A DNA stretch of 64,000 bases, taken from positions 6,121 through 70,120 of the forward strand of contig CAYOQS010000001.1 of assembly GCA_964406185.1 (NCBI GenBank). Direction: 5' to 3'. Every line of letters begins with the position of its first letter. Within the stretch, counting starts at the first letter, position 1. Positions 1-9,447 of this stretch are shown in pieces. Position numbers and translations under genes: made by a program. The notes beneath the pieces were generated by a model. The model saw nothing but the letters and a program-made list of their open reading frames with translations, did not search any database and was not told where the DNA came from. Source of the DNA: an uncultured Methanosarcinales archaeon. Lineage in GTDB: Archaea; Nanobdellota; Nanobdellia; Woesearchaeales; UBA11576.

Positions 1-54
1 ACGGAGCGTCAGAAGCCGGAGAGCGAGCAGATCACCGAAGAGGAACGTCCGAAG

Positions 55-1410
55 ATGAAGGCGCGGCAGAAGAAGGGACCGATACATGAGAAGGGATCAG
101 AATATATCCTTCCGAGCGGTGACTTCATGATAGAGGATGTCAACAAGGATCCGAAGCTTCATTGCGCAAGCCCTTACGACGCAGGAAAAGTGGTGCATAT
201 CTTCGGAAAGTCTACAGGGCTGAAGGAGGACACACCGGTCTTTCGTCTGGTAAACGACGGAAGAAGAGATTCTGAGATTATAGGTAATGTTAGAGAGGCT
301 AAAGAGGGATCGGGGTATTTCGCGAGACCGGAACTGTCTGACAGGTTGAACCTTATAGGGTTGGGATCGTCCGGAGATGAAGTGTATGAGTCTGGTGTGT
401 ATGAGGTGATGTCTGATTCTGACATCATCGGGGACCTCAACCTTACCGCAGACGATGGCGTGCTGGAAGAGGAGGATTATGAGGAGATCGGTGATGACTG
501 TATCGTGGCGCGGCTTGACGAGTGCATCACGCCGGGACAGACAAGGAGGTTCCACGAGTCAAGCCTGTTCGAGAAGGTATTCTCGAAAAGGAAGGAGCTC
601 GGCATGAACATAGATTACTTCACACGCACGAACAAGGACGGCAGTACAAGGCATGACTTCAGGTACAGGAGACGGAAGCGTGATGGTTTGGCCGGCGGAT
701 GGGTGTCAAGGGCCTATGTCGGTGAGGCGATAGTCGCGCTGAGCAGTTACGACAAGCTGGTCGGGTTCGCCGAGGACAGGACGAACTGCAGCATGGATGA
801 CCTTGTCGAGGGCTGGCACGGCCTGAAGAAGGCGAAAGGTATCGCCGGGAAGTACTTCACCGACGAGGCAAGGGAGTCTGCTGATAAGAGGATCGAGGCA
901 GGGCTTGACCTTAAGGCTGGTGAGCTTGCAGAGTATGCGAGGACGTCTCAGCTGGACTACAGGACTGCGATCCAGGTCTTCTCGAGGCTGGCCAGGTCTG
1001 ATGAAACCACTGACCTGATCAAGGCGAGGGATATCGCGCAGAACTATCTCTGTGGTGATGCGCGGGTAGCACTTGCTGAAAGGCATTCTGGAAGGCAGAA
1101 GCAGGACTACCTGACTGGTAAGATAGGTAAGAAGATGGTCGACGCTCTGAACAGGAAGATATCCTCATCTCTTGGAGTCACACCTCTTGACGAGAAGTGT
1201 GTTCCTGAGGATGAGGGCACAAAGGACGTGAGGGTATGTGATGTGCCGCCGCCCGTGCTTCCGGCAAGGCCGCGGGTCATGTATTTTCCTCCGCCGGACC
1301 TGTCAGGGGCGCCTGCAGATCTGCCTGTGACCCTGCCGCAGATGCATGGGCCTATATTGACTTATGAGTACAGGCCGGATCCTGCGCCTGCAGTAAGGAT
1401 GCCTGCATAG
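55..1410 (+). CDS. hypothetical protein (no recognisable domain); may be 5'-truncated by the window edge
   Basis: 451-aa ORF with ATG at 55. The same frame is open from nt 1 (TERQKPESEQITEEERPK precedes the Met), so the gene may start upstream of the window. It has a Pro-rich C-terminus, ends in TAG and is followed by a T-rich tract. Confidence 0.55.
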   Translation: MKARQKKGPIHEKGSEYILPSGDFMIEDVNKDPKLHCASPYDAGKVVHIFGKSTGLKEDTPVFRLVNDGRRDSEIIGNVREAKEGSGYFARPELSDRLNLIGLGSSGDEVYESGVYEVMSDSDIIGDLNLTADDGVLEEEDYEEIGDDCIVARLDECITPGQTRRFHESSLFEKVFSKRKELGMNIDYFTRTNKDGSTRHDFRYRRRKRDGLAGGWVSRAYVGEAIVALSSYDKLVGFAEDRTNCSMDDLVEGWHGLKKAKGIAGKYFTDEARESADKRIEAGLDLKAGELAEYARTSQLDYRTAIQVFSRLARSDETTDLIKARDIAQNYLCGDARVALAERHSGRQKQDYLTGKIGKKMVDALNRKISSSLGVTPLDEKCVPEDEGTKDVRVCDVPPPVLPARPRVMYFPPPDLSGAPADLPVTLPQMHGPILTYEYRPDPAPAVRMPA

Positions 1411-1458
1411 GCCTGACCGTCGATACAAGAAACGATAAGGCTGGAAGCAACAAGACAA

Positions 1459-1507
1459 TTTTTATTTCTTCTTTTTTTTTGGGTTTTATTTTTTGCTTTT
1501 TTTCGCG
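1459..1507 (+). terminator. oligo-T tract downstream of the 55..1410 gene
   Basis: Several T5-T9 runs (for example T9 at 1472-1480) lie in the 100-nt gap between convergent genes. Archaeal termination typically uses oligo-T. Confidence 0.4.
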
Positions 1508-1510
1508 GGT

Positions 1511-3403
1511 TTATCGTCTTTCCTTTATCTCTTCCAGTATCTCTTTGAGGAATGTGTCCGGCTTCTTCTCTCCGTGCACGACATTATCGCGCGTGCGGAC
1601 GTTGACCGTCTCGTTCTCCTGCTCCTTGTCTCCTACGACAAGGATGTAGTTGACCTGCTGGAGCTGCGCTTCCCTGACTTTCTTGGGTATGGACTCTGCG
1701 CGTGAGTCGAGCTCGACCCTTATGCCTGCGTCGAAGAGTTTCTGCCTGAGCATCTCTGCGTACTCGTCGTGCCTGTCCGCCACCGTCAGTATGCGTGCCT
1801 GTACAGGGCTTAGCCATAAAGGGAACTTGCCTGCGTAATGTTCTATGAGCACTCCCAGGAATCTTTCCATCGAACCATAGATGACCCTGTGTATCATGAC
1901 CGGCCTGTGCTTCTTTCCGTCCTCCCCTTCGTAGGTGAGGTCGAAACGTTCAGGGAGGCTCATGTCGAGCTGTATGGTGCCGCACTGCCATGTTCTTCCT
2001 ATCGCGTCTTTTATGTGGAGGTCTATCTTCGGCCCGTAGAAAGCACCGTCGCCTTCGTTTATGTTGTATGCCCTGCCCTTCTCTTCTAGGGCTTTCTTCA
2101 GTCCTTCTGTCGCTTTCTCCCATTGCTCGTCCGTGCCTATTGATTTTTCCGGCCTTGTGGACAGCTCGAGGTGGTAGTCAAGGCCGAACATGGCGTAGAA
2201 TCTTTCGCACAGGTTAAGCACGCCCAAGACTTCCCTGGTTATCTGTTGTTCTGTCATGAATATGTGGGCGTCGTCCTGGTGGAAGCATCTGACACGGAAA
2301 AGTCCTGACAGTACGCCGCTGAGCTCGTGCCTGTGTACGAGTCCTATCTCCCCGACTCTCATCGGCAGTTCCCTGTACGAATGAACTTTCTCGTTGTACA
2401 TGAGCATTCCGCCAGGGCAGTTCATGGGTTTTATCGCATATTCCATATCGTCTATCTTTGTGGTATACATGTTTTCCTTGTAGTTCTGCCAGTGACCGCT
2501 GCGCTCCCATAGCAGCTTGTTGAGCATTATGGGTGTCTTGGATTCTGAGTATCCTGCTTTGCGGTGCTCTTCTCTCCAGAAGTCGATAAGCTGGTTCCAG
2601 ATGACCATACCGTTAGGCGTGAAGAAAGGCATTCCCGGCCCTTCTTCATGGAATGAGAAAAGTTCGAGCTTCTTCCCTATCTTCCTGTGGTCGCGTTTCT
2701 CTGCCTCTTCAAGGAATTTCAGGTGTTCCTTGAGCTCTTCCTTTGTAGGGAAGCTGATGCCGTATATTCTCTGGAGCTGTTTGTTCTTGGCGTCTCCTCT
2801 CCAGTAAGCTCCTGCTATCTTGGTGAGCTTGAATGCTTTTATCATTCCTGTGTTCGGGACGTGCGGTCCTCTGCAGAGGTCGGCGAAGCTTCCCTGCCGG
2901 TAGAGTGTGATCGTTCCTTCTTCGAGCTCTTCTATCATCTCTTTCTTATACTCGTTGTCCCTGAACATCTCGAGCGCGTCTTTTTTGGATACCTCTTCCC
3001 TGACGATGGGCTCTTTGCGTTTCATGATCTCGTGCATCTTCTTCTCTATCTTCTTGAGGTCTTCCGGCTTGAACGGGTCGTGGTCTACGTCGTAGTAGAA
3101 TCCTTCTTCGACGACAGGTCCTATTGTGAGCTTTGCGTAAGGGTAGAGTTCTGTGATCGCGTGCGCCATGAGGTGTGCTGTGCTGTGCCTGAAGACTTCC
3201 ATACCCGCAGGGTCTTTTGGTGTCAGTATCTTGACTTCTGAGTCTTCCGTCACCGGAAAGTCGAGGTCCATCACCTGTCCGTTGATCTTCATCGCCACTG
3301 CGTTCTGCGCAAGGTCTTTGGAAAGGTCTTCAGCTATCTTCGTGCCTTTGACTGTCTCTTTGTATTCTTTGGTAGAACCGTCGGGGAACTTCACTATTAC
3401 CAT
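1511..3403 (-). CDS. thrS: threonyl-tRNA synthetase, bacterial/eukaryal-type architecture (TGS + SAD + class II core + anticodon-binding domain)
   Basis: 630 aa. The N-terminal TGS-like segment is MVIVKFPDGSTKEY...KINGQVMDL. The SAD motif is HSTAHLMAHA. Class II core motifs include FRVRCFHQDDAHIF and GTIQLD, followed by a C-terminal anticodon-binding region. Confidence 0.95.
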   Translation of the reverse strand: MVIVKFPDGSTKEYKETVKGTKIAEDLSKDLAQNAVAMKINGQVMDLDFPVTEDSEVKILTPKDPAGMEVFRHSTAHLMAHAITELYPYAKLTIGPVVEEGFYYDVDHDPFKPEDLKKIEKKMHEIMKRKEPIVREEVSKKDALEMFRDNEYKKEMIEELEEGTITLYRQGSFADLCRGPHVPNTGMIKAFKLTKIAGAYWRGDAKNKQLQRIYGISFPTKEELKEHLKFLEEAEKRDHRKIGKKLELFSFHEEGPGMPFFTPNGMVIWNQLIDFWREEHRKAGYSESKTPIMLNKLLWERSGHWQNYKENMYTTKIDDMEYAIKPMNCPGGMLMYNEKVHSYRELPMRVGEIGLVHRHELSGVLSGLFRVRCFHQDDAHIFMTEQQITREVLGVLNLCERFYAMFGLDYHLELSTRPEKSIGTDEQWEKATEGLKKALEEKGRAYNINEGDGAFYGPKIDLHIKDAIGRTWQCGTIQLDMSLPERFDLTYEGEDGKKHRPVMIHRVIYGSMERFLGVLIEHYAGKFPLWLSPVQARILTVADRHDEYAEMLRQKLFDAGIRVELDSRAESIPKKVREAQLQQVNYILVVGDKEQENETVNVRTRDNVVHGEKKPDTFLKEILEEIKERR

Positions 3404-3509
3404 TTTTTATCCTCCTGATCTGCCCTACAACGGCAAATCATGCTTTGAATGTAGTCTGGAGAAAGGCATATTATTAAAATGTTGTGCTTGATTGGTCTCT
3501 GCTGGAGAT

Positions 3510-4454
3510 TCAGAGCATCTTTGCCTTCTTGAAATACAGGTATACCATGAGTATGGACAGTATCATGAGACCGAGCGAGAACGGGTAGCCCCATTTCCAT
3601 GGTATCTCTGGCATGTACCTGAAGTTCATGCCGTATATGCTCGCTATCAGCGTGGGTATGAGCACGTATGACGCGACCACTGTGAGCTTTTTTATGACCT
3701 GGTTCATCTGGTTGGAGACTTGTGACGTGTAGATGTCGAGCACTCCTGTCAGCACGTTGCGGAGGGTGTCTTCTGTGTCTATTAGCTGCATTATGTCTTC
3801 GCGTATGTCCTTGAAGTCGTTGATGTTCTTCTTTGCTATCCTGCTTAGGTGCTGTTTCTCTAAAGAGAGCAGAACTTCCCTGTTCGCCACGAGCGCCTTG
3901 TGGAGCATGAGTATTGATTTCCTTATCTTGAATGTCTCTTCGACCGCTTCTTTTCTTGGGTTCTTGAAGAGTGTGGCCTCTATCTTGTCTGCTGTCTCCT
4001 GGAATGTTTCGAAGTGTTCGAAGTAGATGTCGATGAGTTTCTCCATGAGTATCTGTATCGCCAGTGTGGGTGAGTCTAGGTATTTCGGGTTCTTTTCCTG
4101 GAGCTCTTTCTTGAACTTCTCTATGCTCTCCAGCTCTTCTGACCTGAGAGTGAGTATGTTGTCTCCTTTGAATATGAATATCGCCAGGGATGTCGCGTCC
4201 GCGCCTTTTTTCTTTATGACCGGTGCTCCGAGGACGATTAGAGAGAAATTCTCGTGCTCTATGGTCGTGGGCCTTTCATAGCTTACAGTGTGTTCTTTGA
4301 GGTGCCAGACAGGTATTCCTGAGAATTTTGACAGGCTCTCCATTTCCTGTGCAGATGGTTTGTAGCAGTCTACCCACAGGTTTTTCTTTTTTTTGACTGA
4401 TTCAAGCTTTTGGGATACTATCTTGTCTTTTTTTCGTCGGTATGTTGTTATCAT
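3510..4454 (-). CDS. corA: CorA-family magnesium/cobalt transporter
   Basis: 314 aa with the signature YGMNF followed by two C-terminal TM helices, and a typical CorA length and cytoplasmic domain. ATG at 4454. Confidence 0.9.
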   Translation of the reverse strand: MITTYRRKKDKIVSQKLESVKKKKNLWVDCYKPSAQEMESLSKFSGIPVWHLKEHTVSYERPTTIEHENFSLIVLGAPVIKKKGADATSLAIFIFKGDNILTLRSEELESIEKFKKELQEKNPKYLDSPTLAIQILMEKLIDIYFEHFETFQETADKIEATLFKNPRKEAVEETFKIRKSILMLHKALVANREVLLSLEKQHLSRIAKKNINDFKDIREDIMQLIDTEDTLRNVLTGVLDIYTSQVSNQMNQVIKKLTVVASYVLIPTLIASIYGMNFRYMPEIPWKWGYPFSLGLMILSILMVYLYFKKAKML

Positions 4455-4556
4455 GGCCTGATTTGGCTTTCCAGCGTATATAAACTTTTGTCTCTACTAT
4501 GGAGGGAGACAAAACAAGAAGGTTTATATATTTTTTACTGCCGATATTTATCTGAC

Positions 4557-5639
4557 ATGGACGACTTTTTCAGGCTGAGCAGGATCGATATCCATCTGCA
4601 GAGGATCATCAATCCTGTGAGCTTCTTTGATGTGAATCCTTTGAATATAGATACTGAGAAGGAGCTTGTGATGAAGGATCCTGATTACGATCCTTATTTC
4701 ATCTATCCTGAGCCGAAGTTCGATTTTGACAGGGTGCAGGACATGCTACATTCTGTCGAGGAACATGACTCCCCTCTTGGCGAGCTTATCCACAAGAAAA
4801 GGAACCTGTACATAGACAAGTGTGAGATGCTGAGGAGCCGAGGCTCCCCTAAGTTCACCGTGTTCGCGAAGAAGGTGTACGGCCTTCCTTCGATGGATGT
4901 CCTTGAGCGTGCCATCGGCTTCCTGTCTCTTGAGTCTGAGAGGTTCCCAAAGACTCTTAGCTCTTTGAAGACATCCCACATGTTGCAGGCTGAAGTGAAT
5001 CATTACGGTTTTGACTATTCCGTGCGGCTGAAGAACATGAGCGCGAGCGCGATGGTGCTTGTGGCTAAGAAGAGGATCTATGTGAAGGACAGGTTCACCT
5101 TCTCCGAGAATTTCGTCAAGCGTCTTGTGATCCATGAGATAGGCACCCATGTGCTTCGCGCTGAGAACGGCAGGGAGCAGCCGTTCATGATATTCTTCCA
5201 TGGACTGCCGAACTACCTGCCGACTGAGGAGGGTCTTGCTGTCGTGAATGAGGAGCGTTTCGGCCTGTTGAACAATGAGAACCTGAAGAATTATGCTGCT
5301 AGGGCGATAGCTGTGAGCATGGCGATGAGCAAGAGATTCTCTGAGATCTACAATTATTTTCTTGAGTTCTTCAGCCCTTCGACAGCTTTCAGGCTTGCGC
5401 TGAGGGCGAAGAGGGGCATCGCTGACACGTCCAGGCCTGGAGGTTGCCCAAAGGATTATGTTTACATCGACGGTTACGTGAGGGTGAAGGAATTTCTGGA
5501 GAAAGGGGGTGACATCAACCGCCTTTTTGTCGGCAAGATCGGTGTCGAGCACGTGCCTCTTGTGGACGAGATACACGGGCTTAGCAAGCCGCGTTACCTT
5601 CCGAAAAACCAAAGTTTTAAAAGTCTACTTAGTTTTTAA
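4557..5639 (+). CDS. DUF1704-family protein (QEGLA-motif / putative metallo-carboxypeptidase-like)
   Basis: It has the HEIGTHVLRAENG (HExxH-like) motif and TEEGLAV, resembling the QEGLA motif. I placed the start at ATG 4557 (MDDFFRL); the track start at 4410 overlaps corA. A TATA-like tttatatatttttt sits at about 4522-4535. Confidence 0.55.
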   Translation: MDDFFRLSRIDIHLQRIINPVSFFDVNPLNIDTEKELVMKDPDYDPYFIYPEPKFDFDRVQDMLHSVEEHDSPLGELIHKKRNLYIDKCEMLRSRGSPKFTVFAKKVYGLPSMDVLERAIGFLSLESERFPKTLSSLKTSHMLQAEVNHYGFDYSVRLKNMSASAMVLVAKKRIYVKDRFTFSENFVKRLVIHEIGTHVLRAENGREQPFMIFFHGLPNYLPTEEGLAVVNEERFGLLNNENLKNYAARAIAVSMAMSKRFSEIYNYFLEFFSPSTAFRLALRAKRGIADTSRPGGCPKDYVYIDGYVRVKEFLEKGGDINRLFVGKIGVEHVPLVDEIHGLSKPRYLPKNQSFKSLLSF

Positions 5640-5996
5640 ATGACCATGGTCATGGATATGAAAATGGTGATCCTTGTCAGGCAGGATCTTAAGCTTCCTA
5701 AGGGCAAGCTTGCTGTTCAGGCCGCCCATGCCGCTGTGGAGGCCACGCTCAGGTCTGGTAAAGTGAAGGTCAGTGCCTGGAGGGTACAGGGGCAGAAGAA
5801 GGTTGTGCTTAAGGTCAAGGATGAGAAGGAATTGCTTAAGTTCATGCAGATGGCCAAGGACGCTGGCCTGAAGACCGCGCTGATAACCGATGCTGGCAGG
5901 ACTGTCATCGCTCCGGGGACCAGGACTTGTGTCGGTATAGGGCCTGATTCAGAGCAGAGCATAGACAGCATCACTGGCGAGCTGCCGATGGTGTGA
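5640..5996 (+). CDS. pth2: peptidyl-tRNA hydrolase, archaeal/eukaryal Pth2 type
   Basis: 118 aa. KMVILVRQDLKLPKGKLAVQAAHAAVEA ... DAGRTVIAPGTRTCVGIGP is the typical Pth2 pattern. The ATG directly abuts the TAA of the previous gene. Confidence 0.85.
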   Translation: MTMVMDMKMVILVRQDLKLPKGKLAVQAAHAAVEATLRSGKVKVSAWRVQGQKKVVLKVKDEKELLKFMQMAKDAGLKTALITDAGRTVIAPGTRTCVGIGPDSEQSIDSITGELPMV

Positions 5997-6018
5997 GCTG
6001 GTTTGTGAGGTGTGTTTC

Positions 6019-6267
6019 ATGGTTAAGCCTGACAGGAAAAAGGTCGAGAAGCTCAAGAAGCAGGATGAGCTGCTTGATGATCTGCCGTCTATCGAGAAGG
6101 AGAAAAAAGTTTTCAGCAAGGGTGAGTCCAGGCTTGAGCATTGGGCAAAGAAGAGAAGTGTCAAGCCCCGGCGGGTGAAGACAGTGAAGAAGCGGGTGAA
6201 GGACGCGTTCAAGGGCATGAGTAAGATTAAGAAGAATTCCGGGAAGACCAAGTCTAAGAAGAGGTAG
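6019..6267 (+). CDS. small lysine/arginine-rich protein, function unknown
   Basis: 82 aa from ATG 6019 (MVKPDRKKVEKLKK...KTKSKKR), preceded by tgaggtg. It is highly basic and ends in TAG at 6265. Confidence 0.4.
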   Translation: MVKPDRKKVEKLKKQDELLDDLPSIEKEKKVFSKGESRLEHWAKKRSVKPRRVKTVKKRVKDAFKGMSKIKKNSGKTKSKKR

Positions 6268-6518
6268 AAATTGGCTAAGTTAAGGGAGTTTTTGAAGTGG
6301 TACTTACATGTTGACTGGAAGGACATAACAAACTGGATAGCGCTCCTTCTCGCGATACTTCTTTTCTGGTATGGCATCAAGAACATTCTTGCTGCTGTTT
6401 CTTGAGATTTGTATGCTTTGTATGCAAGTCTTTTTTAAAAGAGATATGCGAAACATTTAAAAGCTGGCTTCTTACTTGGTGCTGCACATATCATATACTA
6501 TTTTGTTAGGGGTGCTTT

Positions 6519-8345
6519 ATGATGGAAGACGATGATAAATCCGGGTCTCACGGGCACGATAAGCATAGTGGGAGCCACGGACGTGGCAGGAAGAGCCACA
6601 AAGGCCGTAAGAAGAGCGGAGAGAGGTCAGGTAGGAAGGATTACAAGCCGTACATTATCGGCGCGGTCCTTTTGATCGCCATAATAGCTTTTATAGTCAG
6701 CAGGTCTGGCGGGCAGGGTCCTGCTCCTGCTGTTGATGACCCCGGACAGTACGGGTCTGTTGATGTCACGTTCCACGTGATGAGCCAGTGCCCTTACGGT
6801 ATCCAGGTCGAGAATGCTATAGAGCCTGTGCTTGAGGAGCTTGGCGACAACATCAATTTCAGGCTTGAGTTCATAGCTGGCGAGACTGATTCAGGTTTCA
6901 GCAGTCTTCACGGCCAGCCCGAGGTTGAGGGTAACATGATCCAGCTTTGCGTCCAGGAGCTCTATCCTGAAGAGCTTATAGATTTTGTCGTGTGCCAGAA
7001 TGACAACCCACAGGACCTTAAGGGCAGTGTTGAGGACTGTGCTGAGGAGGCTGGAATCGATGATCATTCTGATATCAAAGCGTGTGCTGAGGGTGAGCAG
7101 GGTGCCGAACTCCTGAGGGAGTCCATAAGGAAGAGCCAGGAGGCTGGAGCTCAGGGAAGCCCTACTATGTACATCTCTGGTGAGCTTTACCAGGGGGCGA
7201 GGGATCCTGATTCTTTCAAGAGGGCTATATGCACAGGTCTTTCCGCGCATCCGTTGTGTGAGAGCCTGCCTGCGTGCAGTACTGACATGGACTGCATGGG
7301 GAAGCAGCCTGGCAAGATCGGAGTGTGTGAGAATCCTGGCGAGGCTGATGCTAAGTGCGTTTTCAGCGATGATGAGCCTGTCAAGCTTACGGTGGTAAAT
7401 GCTGAGGATTGTGACACTTGCGATCCGTCGCAGCTTCTCGCTTTGCTCAATCAGGTGTTCCTGAACATGGAGATTGAGCGGGTTGACGTTTCCAGCGTGA
7501 AAGGCAGGGCGTTCATAGAGAACCTGGGTGTTGAGCACGCCCCGTCTTATGTGTTCCAGGGAGATCTTGAGGAGACGTACGCCTGGAAGAACAATGAGCG
7601 TCTGCGCGGCGCTTTCAGGCATGTTGAGGATGGCAATTTCCATGTGATGCTTGACGAGGCGAGCGGTGCGAGTTACATCCTTGATGAGGAGAAGAGGGCT
7701 GAGTTCGAGGAGCTGACCGGCGTGACGAGGGGTGACAACAGGCCGCAGATAGACTTTTACGTGATGAGCTACTGTCCTTATGGTAATATCGCTGAGGAGG
7801 CTATCGAGCCTGCGTACCGTCTGCTCAAGGGCAAGGCTGATTTCAATCCTCATTATGTGATATACAGTGACTACCAGGGTGGCGGTCCGCAGTTCTGCCT
7901 TGATGACGGGGACAAGTACTGCTCGATGCATGGAGTCCAGGAGCTGAACCAGGGACTGCGCGAGTTGTGCGTCGCGAAGCACATGGGTATGGATGGGTAT
8001 TTTGATTTCGTGCTTGCGATGAACAGGGAGTGCACTTACCAGAACGCTGACCAGTGCTGGGAAGGTGTCGCTGAAGAGCTGGGTCTTGATACTGCGAAGA
8101 TTAGGGATTGCGAGGAGAACGAGTGGGATGATATCCTTTCTGCTGAGCTTGCCCTTAACCAGGCTCTTGGTGTGAGGGGCAGCCCGACTATTTTTGTGGA
8201 GGGCGCTGCTTACAGTGGTGCAAGGACTCCTGCTGCTTATGCGCAGGCCTTGTGCGGCGGTTTCGACACGCCCCCCACTGAGTGCAGCCCGTCGAGCATA
8301 TCGACACTGGATGATACGCAGGCAGGCGCTTCTGGCAGCTGCTGA
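6519..8345 (+). CDS. membrane-anchored exported protein with two DsbA/thioredoxin-like modules (single-Cys CPYG motif)
   Basis: 608 aa with a His/Lys-rich N-terminus and one TM helix (YIIGAVLLIAIIAFIV). There are two homologous halves, each with (V/Y)MS(Q/Y)CPYG ... GSPT(M/I) (a DsbA-like cis-Pro loop) ... C. A Cys-rich linker separates them. AGGGGTG precedes the ATG. Confidence 0.6.
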   Translation: MMEDDDKSGSHGHDKHSGSHGRGRKSHKGRKKSGERSGRKDYKPYIIGAVLLIAIIAFIVSRSGGQGPAPAVDDPGQYGSVDVTFHVMSQCPYGIQVENAIEPVLEELGDNINFRLEFIAGETDSGFSSLHGQPEVEGNMIQLCVQELYPEELIDFVVCQNDNPQDLKGSVEDCAEEAGIDDHSDIKACAEGEQGAELLRESIRKSQEAGAQGSPTMYISGELYQGARDPDSFKRAICTGLSAHPLCESLPACSTDMDCMGKQPGKIGVCENPGEADAKCVFSDDEPVKLTVVNAEDCDTCDPSQLLALLNQVFLNMEIERVDVSSVKGRAFIENLGVEHAPSYVFQGDLEETYAWKNNERLRGAFRHVEDGNFHVMLDEASGASYILDEEKRAEFEELTGVTRGDNRPQIDFYVMSYCPYGNIAEEAIEPAYRLLKGKADFNPHYVIYSDYQGGGPQFCLDDGDKYCSMHGVQELNQGLRELCVAKHMGMDGYFDFVLAMNRECTYQNADQCWEGVAEELGLDTAKIRDCEENEWDDILSAELALNQALGVRGSPTIFVEGAAYSGARTPAAYAQALCGGFDTPPTECSPSSISTLDDTQAGASGSC

Positions 8346-8400
8346 GAAGTTTTTTATTTTTTCTTTCTGTTTTTTTCTTTCTGTTTTTTCTTGTTTTGAA
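8346..8400 (+). terminator. T-rich tract after the DsbA-like gene
   Basis: The sequence gaagttttttattttttctttctgtttttttctttctgttttttc follows the TGA directly and lies between convergent genes. Confidence 0.4.
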
Positions 8401-8426
8401 CTCTGCTGGTTGTCCAGGGATCAGGA

Positions 8427-9227
8427 TTACATTCTCTTTTCCAGCTCTTTCTCGTCGACAAATACTTTTTTCCCTGTCTTGACGTCCGTGCCTGTGACGT
8501 TATTTCCGACAGAGGTTATCTTCACTTTCTTTCCTCTTGTCTTCACTATGTCACCTACCTTGTATGACCTCATCCTGAACAGGACGTTCGTGCGGTAGAC
8601 TTCCTTGCTGGTCTGCTTGTCTCTTGTGAAAAGCTTGACCGATTCTTTGAGCTCGCCGTTGAACCTTGCCTTAAGTCTCTTGCCGAGCTGTCTCATGTAC
8701 TTTGTCGAGGTGAGCTGGAAGTCCCTGTTCCTGCCTTTGCCTGTCTCTTTGGTGACGTGGACGCCTTCTTTCGCATGCTTTGCGATGTCATCCCTTACAA
8801 ACTGAAGCAGTTCAGGCGTCACGTTCCTGAGCTGGAGCGTGCCTTCGTAGTATTGGCTTCCTGCCTTGGAGCATTTGTCGCAGTAAGTGAACTGTATCTT
8901 CGCAGGTATTATGAATTCCTGGTCTTCTGCTGTTATGTGGAGTTCGATTTCCTGCTCCGCTCCTGGCTTGTCTTTTAGCTTGTCATGGACTGGCTCGATC
9001 CCGAGGGGGATGTTTTTGGGGTTGTTTATCTTTGTCTTTGCTGCATCGACGATCCCTTCTTGCGTGCTGCTGAATGCTTTCCATGCGTTGCGTATCATGA
9101 ACCGGTCGCAGTCTATGCATTTCTTTATCTCTATGTCCTTGAAGGCAAGGCCTAGCTCTTTCTCTGCGCATTCGTTGCAGAATTTGCTTTTGATGCCTTT
9201 CTTTCCGCACTTGGGACAGAATGCCAT
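8427..9227 (-). CDS. NMD3-family protein (ribosomal large-subunit associated), short form
   Basis: 266 aa. The N-terminal Cys clusters are MAFCPKCG...FCNECAEKE...CIDCDRF, then YCDKCSKAGSQYYEGTLQLRN, matching the NMD3 pattern C..C...yyeAilQlR. The C-terminus has a KOW-like YKVGDIV. Confidence 0.65.
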   Translation of the reverse strand: MAFCPKCGKKGIKSKFCNECAEKELGLAFKDIEIKKCIDCDRFMIRNAWKAFSSTQEGIVDAAKTKINNPKNIPLGIEPVHDKLKDKPGAEQEIELHITAEDQEFIIPAKIQFTYCDKCSKAGSQYYEGTLQLRNVTPELLQFVRDDIAKHAKEGVHVTKETGKGRNRDFQLTSTKYMRQLGKRLKARFNGELKESVKLFTRDKQTSKEVYRTNVLFRMRSYKVGDIVKTRGKKVKITSVGNNVTGTDVKTGKKVFVDEKELEKRM

Positions 9228-9447
9228 TTTATTGTTTCACCTGCTGCCGGATGCGTGACCGTAGCCGCCTGCTTCTTCGGTTCGCGAAGCGATATCAACC
9301 AAGCACGTACATAAGCGGTTTATTGGGTTGCGTGCTTCGGCGGCACGAGAGCATTTTCGAGTCTTGCGAGAAAATGCGGAGTAGGGTGCGCATTCGGTAT
9401 TTGATGCTGTATGAACCGAAACTTATTAAAAGCTTTCCTCAAAAAGG

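Noticed and set aside
6019-6405. The TAG at 6265 ending the lysine-rich ORF is followed in the same frame by 46 more sense codons. These encode a hydrophobic helix (…LAKLREFLKWYLHVDWKDITNWIALLLAILLFWYGIKNILAAVS, TTG at 6271, stop at 6403). This could mean stop-codon read-through or TAG recoding.
   Set aside because: TAG terminates several confidently called genes here (55..1410, the flavoprotein, the ThyX-like protein and the CBS protein), so genome-wide recoding is unlikely. The downstream piece may be an independent TTG-initiated mini-ORF or chance. It is worth a look only if proteomics data exist.
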